A DNA stretch of 64,000 bases, from assembly GCA_965235115.1 (NCBI GenBank), contig OZ249437.1:45260001-45324000 (forward strand), given 5' to 3'. The notes beneath the pieces were generated by a model. That model was not told the origin of the DNA. It saw only the letters and a program-made list of their open reading frames with translations, and did no database searches. Position numbers and translations under genes: made by a program. Origin of the DNA: Laetmonice hystrix (lineage: Eukaryota). Shown one piece after another: positions 24,901 through 36,406 of this stretch (position 1 is its first letter; every line of letters starts with the position of its first letter).

Positions 24901-26139
24901 AAATATCTAGTTTACATTGGACCTGTCAGTCAAAATCTCTGAGGAAAACTTATGTTAAAGTTGTAGAAACCAGTGATATTTTTTTAGACATAAAGACTAG
25001 TAATATCAATGCATGCCTACCAGTTTTTCATTCTGTGCACTTCCCTTCTCAACATCATTAGCCTTTGAATTTTTGGTCTGGTCAGAAATAAGCAATGCTC
25101 TGAAACCACTGTCCAGCTGGATGGCTCTGTAATAAACACAAAAATGAAGTGTTCATATTGCAACTTAAGTATATGCTTATATAATATTTCAGCCTATTAT
25201 CTTGAAACACTTCCATAAAAATATCTGAGAGCAGTGGCTTGTTACGTTATGGACCCCAGGAGGTCCACTCTGTGACCCCTTAGGCTATGGCCCTATTTCA
25301 CAATCTTATATTTTTTCATGCAGAAAAACGGCCATTCTGCCGGAAAGATCCCTCTACTTCTGGTGCGCATGCATATTTATCGCACTTGTGGACTGTAGAA
25401 ATGTTTCCTTTATACTTATAGCCCTGCTGGCAGGCGTTTAACGGCACTATTGTGCTGGCATTACCGGACTGACTGACCCTCGGACTGCCGGCACAATACT
25501 CACAATCCATTGAACAGTTGCCAGTAGAACTATGAAGTCCACAACTGCAATAATTGCACATGCGCACCAGAAATACTGGGATCATTCCAGTAGAATTGCC
25601 GTTCGAGAATCTTGCTGTCTTCCGGCAAAATAACCAATGCATTTCTTTTATGCAGGCACTACTGGTTCCATAATTAATAAACAGCTCGGTAGAAATTTGA
25701 AAAGTCTGGAAGCAAAATACAAAGATAAAATCCAAAGCAAATAGAATTTGCAAGAATACCAGTATTTAAATATTACTAAGTTAATATGGCTTATATAATA
25801 CTGGTACCGGTATAATGTAAATAATTGGCAGTGCATATTTAGCCAGCAAAGATTAAAGTCCTAAAGATTAAATTGGGTGTAAATTTGGTGTTAATTAGAT
25901 AAATATATACACTGCCTAAATAATATTACTTAGGCCTAATTAAATTTAAATTAGTAGATGTATATTACAACTAGATCTACAACTTACAGTACAAGTTACA
26001 ACTAATGAATCAATGTATAAGAAAATCACCCCTTGCTTTGCCACAAGTTATTAAAAAAGTATCAGTCAATATTTACGTACCTATACACTCTTTTGTCATT
26101 TGGAGACTTGACAACATCGTCTAATTGTCTGACAGGCAT
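15977..26139 (-). CDS. NRDC: Nardilysin (N-arginine dibasic convertase, M16A metallopeptidase), 26 exons, ~1059 aa from the first in-frame ATG
   Basis: Exons: 26139-26081, 25126-25021, 24780-24699, 24240-24140, 23992-23866, 23683-23588, 23451-23127, 22913-22836, 22746-22626, 22370-22257, 21980-21746, 21388-21356, 21213-21163, 20914-20871, 20639-20564, 20230-20179, 19918-19835, 19527-19461, 19198-19071, 18722-18488, 18357-18214, 17942-17806, 17425-17335, 17125-17009, 16908-16813, 16357-15977; total 3180 nt, in frame. Inverted zinc motif GLAHFLEH, VFMGSEKFPDEN, KPLHYIGWLVGHEG, and NRDC-type EGLVQGN, CEDPHLGEEVSRNW and IMDFHKSLTMFPP. Confidence 0.93.
25334..25631. mobile_element. Degenerate inverted-repeat element in NRDC intron 1
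   Basis: TGGTGCGCATGCATATTTATCGCACTTGTGGACT (left) matches the reverse complement of AGTCCACAACTGCAATAATTGCACATGCGCACCA (right); outer ends T.TGCCGGAA. Confidence 0.4.
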
Positions 26140-26925
26140 TTTAACACTGGCCGAGCCTGAAGCTGAATGCAAAGCTCGGACCCACTTCCCAATCCCACTG
26201 GCACTGCCACGGCAATGCAATGGTGAATGGATCAACAACACAGTGACACAACGAGGGGCCCACTGCCCACACAACGCCGCTTCTTGACAGGACTCAGGAG
26301 CGAGGTCCAGGTTAGGACGACACACTAATCGTCGAGTCCGGTTTGGCCTAGAGATCTTTCTTAAGATCAACGAAAAAATGGACGCTCTACGCGTATTCGT
26401 TTGCACAATTAGTGCATAATCAAGGGGTAGGCCCTACCGTCCGCGTGTTTCTGCCAGGCTGCGAGCCGGCAAATCCCAGACTGCTAATCCTTACCGAACT
26501 GCTCATTTGACCAAAGTGATGGAACTCTGCGAGGGTAGGTTCACCCTGAGTCGTCCACTACCTTGAGTCGACCACCCACCCTAAATCAAAACCATCTGAC
26601 CTCTGGTGGATGATTCAAGAACCACAAGAAAGAGTAAAAAATGGGCTTTCAGATGATATTAGTTGTAATGGGTTGGCCCTAACCAATGCAGAGTTAATGG
26701 GGTGGTCGACTCAAGGTGGGTGGACGACTCAAGGTGAATCTACCCGATATGCGCTCAGCATGCTCAGGGTTTTCAGCAACAGTCTAAAACAACCTGCGTA
26801 ATTATGATTTAGACTACATGTATTCTTGATCACAAAATACATTTTTATAGGCCCATCTATGCACAAATATATTTTTAGGTGGCCAAGTGGCGCTTCTTTT
26901 AGGTGAGGTAAGGGGCATTTGTCGG
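26140..26925. promoter_or_regulatory. Putative bidirectional promoter between NRDC (-) and the EF-hand/MTBD-like gene (+)
   Basis: Divergent start codons about 790 bp apart, CpG-richer than flanking introns, CCAAT box near 26683. Depends on the tentative first exon at 26926. Confidence 0.5.
26533..26745. mobile_element. MITE-like element (213 bp, ~45-bp TIR) inside the divergent promoter region
   Basis: GGGTAGGTTCACCCTGAGTCGTCCACTACCTTGAGTCGACCACCC (26533-26577) matches the reverse complement of GGGTGGTCGACTCAAGGTGGGTGGACGACTCAAGGTGAATCTACCC (26700-26745). Confidence 0.7.
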
Positions 26926-29900
26926 ATGGCAGCGCATGTTGTTTACAAATGGCCGAGTAGTGACGAACAGCGGTCTCAGCCAGACTAACGTTTAGCCGTT
27001 TAGGCAAGTATTCGGAAGGATTCCTTCTCTTCTAGCATCCTATCCGGAATGCAATCTGATCAAGTTACCGGCTAGGGCCGTATCGAGCAATTGTGGACTT
27101 AGATTTAGAAGTGTTTCCTTCTGGCTGCCGCTTTATTATAGCATAACGTTAGCCATGCCCATAGTCATACTCATAGTCATAGCATAGGTAGTCCGCCTAA
27201 CCGGCTAGCCTAACGTCGTTACAAAAAAAAGTTATGCTTAAGTTATGCTAAGTTAATAGTTAGGCCTAGGCCCCCCTAGATCTACACACTTACCGTACAG
27301 TTAACGTTACAGTTACAGATACCGCTAGGCCTAACGTTACTTGATCTTGGACTTGGGATAAGTTAGTTGCCCCCCCCCCCCCCCCGGCCCCGTGCCCTTT
27401 TCTGAAGCGATCGAAGGACGCCCCTGCCCCCCCCCCCCATGATTCTGAAAGAACTGCCCAGGCTTTCTTTTTGACAAAGAGGTGCCCGTTTAAAAAACTT
27501 TTGATAAAATGATAAATAAATAAATCAAGGCAGTGTATATTTAGCGGGCAACGGTCTTAGTTTGACTAGTTACCGAATGCAAATTAACAAATTGCTTGGG
27601 TTAGGGCAATTAGGGTCGGGCCTCGGCTAGGGTTAGTTGTATTTTTATCTCAAATTCTTGAATTTGGCTGGGTGTTAATTAGGTGATAATTGGATATTTG
27701 GCCCCTTACTTAGTAGACTTTTTTTATGGGTCGCACTTTTCCCCCGCGGACTACCACAGTCTGGCACAGAATACCGAGGCCGACCGCAGATCACCACAGA
27801 CGACTGCAGACCAATGAGCGTGTACCACTGTGGATCACCACAGACTAGTTTAAAGGTGCTATTCGTGAAAAAAAATTCAATTTTTTTATTTTTAATTTTG
27901 TTGACGTTTATGTGATCCCACCTATCATGGAAATAGATTCAAACCAAAGGAAATCCAAATTTTTCATGGATAACGGCACAAATGGGGCTCTCTCAGAAGG
28001 CCTGTGGAGACCCTGACACGCCCCACCGTAGGAAATGGCTCTATCTCGGTGCGCACCGAGATAGGTTTCAAATGCTGCACACAAACTAATAGAAGGTTTA
28101 TCAGGCCAATGGTATCGGTAGGAATTTTTTCTAGTACTATGTGCACAATGTATGATAGGAGAAATGTCATTCTGTGCGAGACGAATAGCACCTTTAAAGA
28201 CCGGGGATCTAACGGGTGAAAACAGAAGAGTGGCAACCCCCCCCCCCCCCCCCCCCCCCCCATCTGCCTATATTTTCTGCTCTAAACTTAGCCAGTGTAG
28301 CTCAACCTAAATTTGCAGTCATCCTCGGTAGCCTGCAGTAAAAAGTGAGGCGCGTCAATTCTTCTTTTTTTTTATTGGGTACATCCTAACTTCGCAGAAC
28401 TCCATTCATGCACATTACACCAGGTGAATATGTTCGATTATTCTTTTTGTTGTTTATTTTAGTGAGGTCATTTTACAGGTCTATGGAATACTTTTTGAAA
28501 TGGGAACGCTGTCAGCAGAAGGTCACCAGTACTTGGTGGAACAGATGTTTACGGACAACGATAGTAGCCATACAGGTGTGCTTAGTGCCTACCAACTACA
28601 GGGGATTCATGCTGACATGCGCCTTGGTGGAATAAGCATGCCACAGGTTTGTACCTATGTATAATCCTTTATCAGTTAATGCAAAGTCATCTATGCTAGT
28701 TTGAAACAATAGAGTCTGCATGATTTCTGAATGTTTTGCATCCTAGTAGTACACTTAATGTGCCAGGCCCTCACATAACAATATCTGTTTTCCAGGTAGA
28801 GGCCGCAATACAATACACTTGTGTTGGTGACGATGGGTGTGACCAGAGTGAACTCATTGATGTTCTCCGGGAGATGGACCGAAGGTACTTCCTGGTACAG
28901 GATTTCCGTTGGGAGTTCTCCATGCTGGACTACAACCAGTCTAACACACTCTCAGAGGACCAGGCTAAGTAGGTATTTAGTTAACAAAGATCTGTGCTGA
29001 ATTCTAACAGTAAACTCAGGGGTCTCATTCACCTCTGCTGGTTTTTTATCTGTGACTGTCATCCTGTCTTTTCCATAGCTGCATCTGTGATATATACAGG
29101 TTAATACTTCAACCAGGTGGCTCGTTCAATCTGTACACGGAGCGTGTTTCTCAAAGCAGCAATGGGAGAAGTTTTTACGTGGCAGAGTTGTACCAGCTAG
29201 TGGTGTCAGCTTTGCTGAGATAGAAGTTCTCCTTTGTGATATTCCAAGTTGGAGTAATATATTGGATGAGGAAGTAGAAGAGAGACGATTGCATGAAGGT
29301 AGGCTGCAGTAGATATTATGCAAGTTCTTAAAGCAAAAAATCGAAAGCATGCAAATTCTAAAAATAAATCGCAAAAATATAAGGCAAAAGATCTATGTGA
29401 AAGGAATTTGTCAGGTGTAAAATATAAGGCAAAAGATCCATGTGAAAGGAATTTGTCAGGTGTAAATGTTATGGAGATATGAAGCATTGTTGGTTTTGAA
29501 AGAAGGAAAAATGCATCTTTTTTTCTTATAGAGCAAAAGCGAAAACAAATGGAGATGGCACATCGTGTAAAGGAAGAGAGAGAAAAGCGACATAAACAGC
29601 GTGCAGATGAGAAGAAAAGAAAAGAAGAAGAAGACAGGAAAAAACAAGACTCTGAGAACCAAAGAAGGCTTGAAGAAGAGGTAACAAGTTATCAGAATTC
29701 AATGCCCTTCCAGGTGGTCATGTAATTGAAATCACTAGCTTTTGTTTTTCTCCTATTTTATTTTAAATGATACAAACAATTGCATGTTGGTAAAGGCTAG
29801 ATTATCCTCAGCTCATGACAGGTAAGGTTGAATGATAAAAGACCGTCTTTAATTTTAGGGTGTCTGGGGAGCCTGTCACAATAAATGCCACAACCCTCAT

Positions 29901-32900
29901 TTTGCATAGTTGAGATCATCATCACTCGCAATTAAAACGAATTTCGTTCTGAAGATTGAATTTGAGAAAACTGTACCACCTTTCAACCTGGAAAAATATT
30001 GTGATATTGTTTGCTTAATGTGTCTCAAATAACATTGATTTTGCTGTCATTGATTTAACTACTGCTAGGCTATGGATAATAATCCTTGTGCTTCTCTAGC
30101 TTGAAAAAGAACTGAGGGAGAAAGAAAAGTCTGAGGAGGCAAGGCGAAGGAAGCAGTTGGAGGAAGAAGAAGGTAAATTGTAGTTTCACTCTAAGAATAT
30201 TCACAGCAGGCCATAAATAATTACACTTATTACCTTATATACCAGCGTTTGGTTTTCTATTGATAATTTTTTAATGAAGATGTACATCTTGACTTAGACT
30301 TTTATATTCAACTTTAATGGTAATGTGTTTTAGTTTGAAAAAAGTTTTGATTTGAGGTACATATTGGCAGTAATTTGGGCAAAGAAATCTCCTATATTTA
30401 GTTTCAGATACCTTTGGAGTATAGGAAACTTTCTCATGCCAATGTTATTCTAATCAGGAGATTTACATTTTCTTCTTAGAAAGGGGAAGAAGGGAGGCAG
30501 AGGAACGAGAGAAGAAATACCAAGAAGAAAAAGCCAGGGAAGAAAGCATAAAACAACAGGTAGATGATTAAATATTGTTTGAACATGTTTTCTGAAAATT
30601 GCTTTGTAGGTGATAATAAAAACCAACATAAACAAATGAACTGCCAGAAACCTGAAGGAACTCATACACCAGTTTACCATGAGTGCCATCTCACATGAGC
30701 TGGAAAATGCTGTTTATCTCATTTTAGTTCTCAATACACAATGAAATAAAAAAACAACAACTAATGAGTTGTCTATACTTTTGGAAAAGAAACCGTTTCT
30801 GTCATCTTATGCAGGAATTGTTGGAGCTACAGCGCTTAAAGGAACTGCAGGAGAAAAATCAACAGGAGGAGGCAGAGAGAAAACAGAAGGAGGAAAAGGA
30901 AGCTATGAAAGATGAAGAGATACTCAAGGTACATTACTCCTAGGGTTATGAATATCAAATGTCAACAAAGTACAAATCTATGTCTACATAATGTGGCTTC
31001 AACACAGAAGGTATCTGAGATACACGTAATAATCTAAAGGGATCACAGAATCAAAGTTCGAAGATGATGAAAACAAACAAAAAAATTGCAAAGTAACAAG
31101 TTAAAGGACACGAGAATCTTGTTGCATTGCGGTCTTTCCTAAGTGGAGTTCTTGTGCATGAAATATTTTATTTAACATGATACAGAATTTGTTGGTCGTA
31201 TCTCTATTGCGCAAAATCTTTGAGGACAGAACCTTGTGAGGTGCTCAAATGAATGCATTATTGTATAGTTTAGACATAGATGTATTTAAGATTTAAGAGT
31301 GAAATTATGGTGCTATGAAATTAAAATAATGAATAGATATGATGGTGGGGTTTCTTCATAGCAAGCTATCAAGGATGAGAAGGACTCTGCAGAGAAGATT
31401 GAAGAGGCGAAGAAGAAAGCTCAGGTAGCCAAAGACGCACGATCAAAGAAAGAACATGAAGATGAGGAGAAGAGACAGCGACTGAGGAATAAAGGTAGGG
31501 TCTGACCATATTCTATATAACAGTGGTAGAGAACTCGGTGATTGATCAGCTAAAATAGAGACAAAGGCAGGTCTTTAGTTTACTGATGTATACATTCCTA
31601 ATGATATAGACGTTGATGTTCTTCACTTTAGAGGCTCGTAACAAACGTATCAAGTATCAGCTGAAGGTGGCAGTAAAGACACGTGACCGTGGGAAGTTGC
31701 CAGAGGCGGCAAAAGAGTTTAAAGAGGCCAAGCTGCCAGACGATGACCTCGACCTGGAGAAGGCTGAACGGATTCTCAAGGAATGGACTGCGCGAGATGG
31801 TCAGTTAATGAAAGAATTTGCAAATATGTTGTAACCATCTTTGCCACAAAGTTAAGGGATAGAAGTTGATGTGTAACTGTACTCACTCTACTTTGCATCA
31901 AGAGTCTACTCACAAGAGTCTTATTATACCCTTCAACTACTGATTGTACTTACAGCCAGGTGACATTTTATCATGCTTTTACATTAATATATTGTAGGTC
32001 TGACGAATGCAATGGACAAGAGACACCTAAAAGAACTGGAAAGTGCTATCAACTTTGTTAAGAGAAACAACTTTGAGCCTCAACTTGCCAAGGAAATGAT
32101 TGAGGCAAACAAGATTCTCCTTCAGCTTCGGCGTCTTGAGAGAATCCGGGCCGAGATCCTTGAATTAAAACAATCCACCGTGGCCGAGATCCGTAGTTAT
32201 CAGAAACCACCAACAATTGTACACACGGTCATGATTGCAACATTCCTCCTCCATGGCCACAAAGAAAAAGAGACAAAGGTAGGAAAAATTTGGAAATGTC
32301 ATAACTGGCAAACTTACATCAGGCAAAGTGGAATCTAAATTAAGGTAGCAAGGTGTCGTCATCAACAATCACTTGGCTCAAACCATGGTGTCCTATGTTA
32401 CTGCTGGAAAAAGATGAGTGAAATGGAGAGAGATATATATAATTATAATAAATGGCAGTTGGCCGCTCTGAAAGGTTCTGCCTGGGATACACTCAGACAA
32501 TGAACTGACTGTTCCGTCTACTCTACGACACTATGGCTGGATCACAGGTTTCAGAGCACCTCAACATGACAGTATAGGTTCAGGACTACCTGTACCATTG
32601 TAACATTTCTTTATGCAGTCAGATACTGACAGTGACGAAGATGCCACTGGTGAGGTATTAGAGGTAAAATAAAACTTCATCGATACATACATGTGGCACC
32701 GTTTAAAGTGGTAGCATGAGAGTAGTATTTGATTGTGCATGAGCAATATTTTTTCACCCTTTTCCACTAAACATACTTGCTTGTGGGAGACACTTTGAAT
32801 AGAAAATCAACAAGGTTTATTTTAAAAAAATTTTTAGTGTAACTGTTTCATGGTTCAAGAATTTAACAAATTTGTATGCTCTTCTTTGGAATCTGATGCT

Positions 32901-34026
32901 GTGAGTTAAAGGTGGTTATATAATATCGAACCTGCAAAGGTTTGAGGCCATGTCGCAAACGAAGTAAGGTAGTCAAGAAAACGTTTGAGGATGGTTTGAC
33001 ATAGTTCTAATTGGTTGAAACTGGCATCAAACTGATTATATTGAACTTTGTGAGTCCTCTTCACATATCACTGACACTATAGCCTCACTGTACAAGTGTA
33101 CCGGTACTTCCATCACTGCATATGCACCGAGTAATGCATGTATGCTGATTTTATAGAGCTAAAAGAGGGATTCCATATATTTGAATTCAAACTTTCTAAA
33201 CAATTCTTGCTGTTCTCTATGTCATTGTCTATCCCTTGAAACCGGCCTAGAGAAAATAGAAAGGGGTACAAAGGAAACTTCTGACATCACAGAAAGTATT
33301 CCAGATCGTGTATATGCTAGTTTGTGTTGGGGAACCATTGGTATCTCATACATAATCCTCTAATTTTGCCATAGCTAAACATTCAACATTATTTTATAAA
33401 CAGCTTTGTTTTTTGGTTCATTTACGCTCTGATGTAGGATTGGAAAAATGTGCAAGCACTGGTGGGAAAGACAGGGAAAGATGGACTGAAGCGACGCTGC
33501 CTCCAGTGTGAGCCACACAATCTGAACCCTGAAGCTGCTGCTCGTGCCAAGGTCCTCCTCGGTCAGTTTGGACTAGATGACGTTCGTGACGTATCAGCCG
33601 GGGCAGCCACCTTCTACCTCTGGGTAGGTGTTACCTTACATTTGGAACACAGCACAGCCAGGGTCAGCATACCACAGTACCAATATGAACCCCTTCACCA
33701 AGCATCATTAAGTCAGTCAAGACTGCATAGCAAGACTTCTCAGATTAACAAGCAGAAAATAACGACAAGCAATCAACCAATTTCCCCCCTTTGAACCCCA
33801 CTGTACTATGTGGCCAGGCCCGTCAGAATATAAGAGCATTCCTAGATATGATACTGTATGTGTTGCTCAAATATAAATATCCTTTGTAGAAGTCAGTCAT
33901 TACTGACTTTTCACGTGGTGTCTCTAGTTCTATAAGCACAGGAAAAGAATAATAAGCCAACTGGTTTTGTTGCTGTAGAGTTCAACAATGATTGAAGAGC
34001 TGGAGGCCAAGCAAGCTGCAGCATGA
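26926..34026 (+). CDS. Uncharacterised ~603-aa protein: N-terminal EF-hand-like region, long E/K/R-rich helix, C-terminal dynein microtubule-binding-domain-like fold
   Basis: Exons: 26926-26956 (tentative, weak donor GTAGTG), 28398-28423, 28479-28646, 28796-28968, 29117-29298, 29532-29680, 30100-30172, 30480-30559, 30815-30928, 31362-31494, 31632-31799, 31998-32278, 33438-33623, 33979-34026 (TGA); total 1812 nt, in frame. EF-like loops FTDNDSSHTGVLSAYQL and MLDYNQSNTLSEDQAK. C-terminus AEIRSYQKPPTIVHTVMIATFLLHG...DWKNVQAL...VSAGAATFYLW. Confidence 0.85.
27854..28193. mobile_element. Kolobok-like MITE, 340 bp, TTAA TSD
   Basis: TTAA|AGGTGCTATTCGT ... ACGAATAGCACCT|TTAA: perfect 13-bp TIR. Confidence 0.75.
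29374..29466. repeat. 45-bp tandem duplication, intronic
   Basis: AAAATATAAGGCAAAAGATC(T/C)ATGTGAAAGGAATTTGTCAGGTGT starts at 29374 and 29419. Confidence 0.9.
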
Positions 34027-36406
34027 TGGAGCAGCTCCCTAAGAAGATGCAGCAACCCAAGCGACAGACTCAGCAACAACACAAAAGTGAAATCTACTGT
34101 GATATCTCTTCTGTAATGTTCAGAAAAATAAAATTAATTGCCCGACTTCAAGTTGAAGGGTATTTAGTACTGAAGAAAGGTATGCCTCACTTCCTTTTTG
34201 GCAGTAGATTTTAAATTGTTATTGATTCTAACATCAAGTCTGCATTTTATGATCATATAAAGCCACTGGAGTATTGACATTTACAGGTATATTTGTAATC
34301 AGGCGTGTATGTTTTGTACTTCTTTTCTGTAAGTGCTGGCCTGTTGGCCTTTTGATCGCTTATTCGTAAAAATGGCTGGCCCATTATGCGTGACCGTCTC
34401 CAGTCTATTTTGACTTTGTTGTTGATACAGTAGCCATAGATGCTGTCAAAGTATGCCAAAAATATGATATAAATATCTAGATGTCACTTGGGCATTCAAT
34501 TGATTTAATAAAGTAGTGTAAAAGTTTGGCCAGATTGCAGTCGTTTTGGTTTACAAGTATGTTGAAAAAACTCAGCAGTTCCTTTTTTGAAGGGGGGGGG
34601 GGACATTGACAGCAGTTCTGTTATTAGAATAAGGGACGCTATGAGGGACTGGAACAAATCCCCCCAAATTTGCATTCTAAAGGTAACAACACAGCTTCAC
34701 ATGTGTAGCTGCCCTTTATTACAACACTGGCCATTAAACGATTACCTTATTAACACATGCAGTTACCACCTGATCTGGTATCTTTCAATACTTCAGGTTT
34801 ACACATACACTCAGAAGTGATAACATTTTGGACTGTAGTTAAGAACGAACGAATTTACGTTGTGTCATAATTCATTCAATCTGTATGTGAATGGGCCCTC
34901 TCTGAGCTTACGTATGTCAAAAATCCAAAAAGGTCCACATTCTATTGTTTCTTCAGTTGCATACAGATCATTATCACGTACAGTTCAAAGCAGTATTTGA
35001 CCCACCTTCCACCACGTGTCTTTTTTTACGTAGTTACATTATACAGCATTAAACAAGTACAGTTCGTCAAGAGCATTTTGTACTTGCAGTGAAAGAGAAA
35101 TTGTGTTTTTTAGCCATTCACCAAATTTGTTTTTGTTCAAGGAAGTGTTAACAGATTACAGCCTCCTGTAACGTTTTAGTAAACACGTCACCAATTCGGT
35201 ATCATCAGAGTAGAACCTTTACATAAATAAATGTGCCAAAGATGTACACAACAGTAGTTTTGAGAGAGGAAGCCTAACCACCATTCTTGTGACTGTATAC
35301 AATGTAATTTCAACCATTACAAACATTTATGTGCTGCAACATCACCTCTGAGAAAATCGCTACTTGGCAGCTTTGTTTCATTACTAACCTAGTTATTACT
35401 TTCATAAAGCCATTCATGCTGCTAACCTAGGAAAACTCAAGACTGCACTCGGTACCATGTTACTGACAGCAGGTGCTAAAAATGGTTTCAAGGTTTTCAC
35501 ACTCTTTCCCCACCACAGCTTTCACCAGAAGTTCTACGCTTACAAATCTCAGCTCACTTTTTGAACTTGTTGCCGAAGGTATTCTTTAAAATAGAGAAAA
35601 CAATCAATAGCAGAATCAATCGGCGATCATGCTAGAGAGTTAATTCTCTGTAAAAATGTAATAAAATAAAAATAGCAGAATTTTAGTTGGGTTTGGTTTC
35701 GTTATTTAAGGACGGCCACTAGAACGTCGAAGCAATGACAACACTTGATAGAAGAATCATACTCTCCAAGGTATAGCAGCCTCAACATGCATACATCAAC
35801 ACAGATACAGATCTGCCTCTTTATATTATAGACTTCATTTACATCAAAACAAAGCTCATGCAATACATTCTTTGAAAACGGGTAACCTTTCTGCAGCGAT
35901 ATATAACTACTGCAGTTCACAAACATATTAAAATGTTTGACCTGTCATGATCTCCATATTAGAATGGTACTGCGGCTTATAATCTATCTTCTACCCGGAC
36001 GTATAACTCCTTTCTTTGAGTTTGTCACAATAATGTACTTACAGAGTAACCGGTATTTCAGTTGATAAACTCCACAATGCAATGTCAATCCAGTTTATAC
36101 TGGTTCACCAGAAGATATTTTACTTCAATCTCTGTGGTCTTCCCACTTATCCTGGCAACACTTTGGTCTTCCAGTTCAGTTTCACTGAGCAATTCATTCA
36201 AAAAGACTGACATCTTGTAGATGAGATACATTATTCGATTTTAAATAACACTGACTTGAAATAACCTACAATTGATATGACGTTGGTTGTATGATGCTCA
36301 CCGATGTCCTGGCACTTCGACAAAGATCAATCATTTTCCAGTGACACAGTCATATTATCACATCTGCTCAGAGGTTCTGGTTCCCTTTATGCATCCTGCC
36401 AGATGT

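Noticed and set aside
36085-36231. 48-aa minus-strand ORF just downstream of the DBT stop (MYLIYKMSVFLNELLSETELEDQ...)
   Set aside because: Length is within chance expectation and no homology was recognised; would need Ribo-seq.
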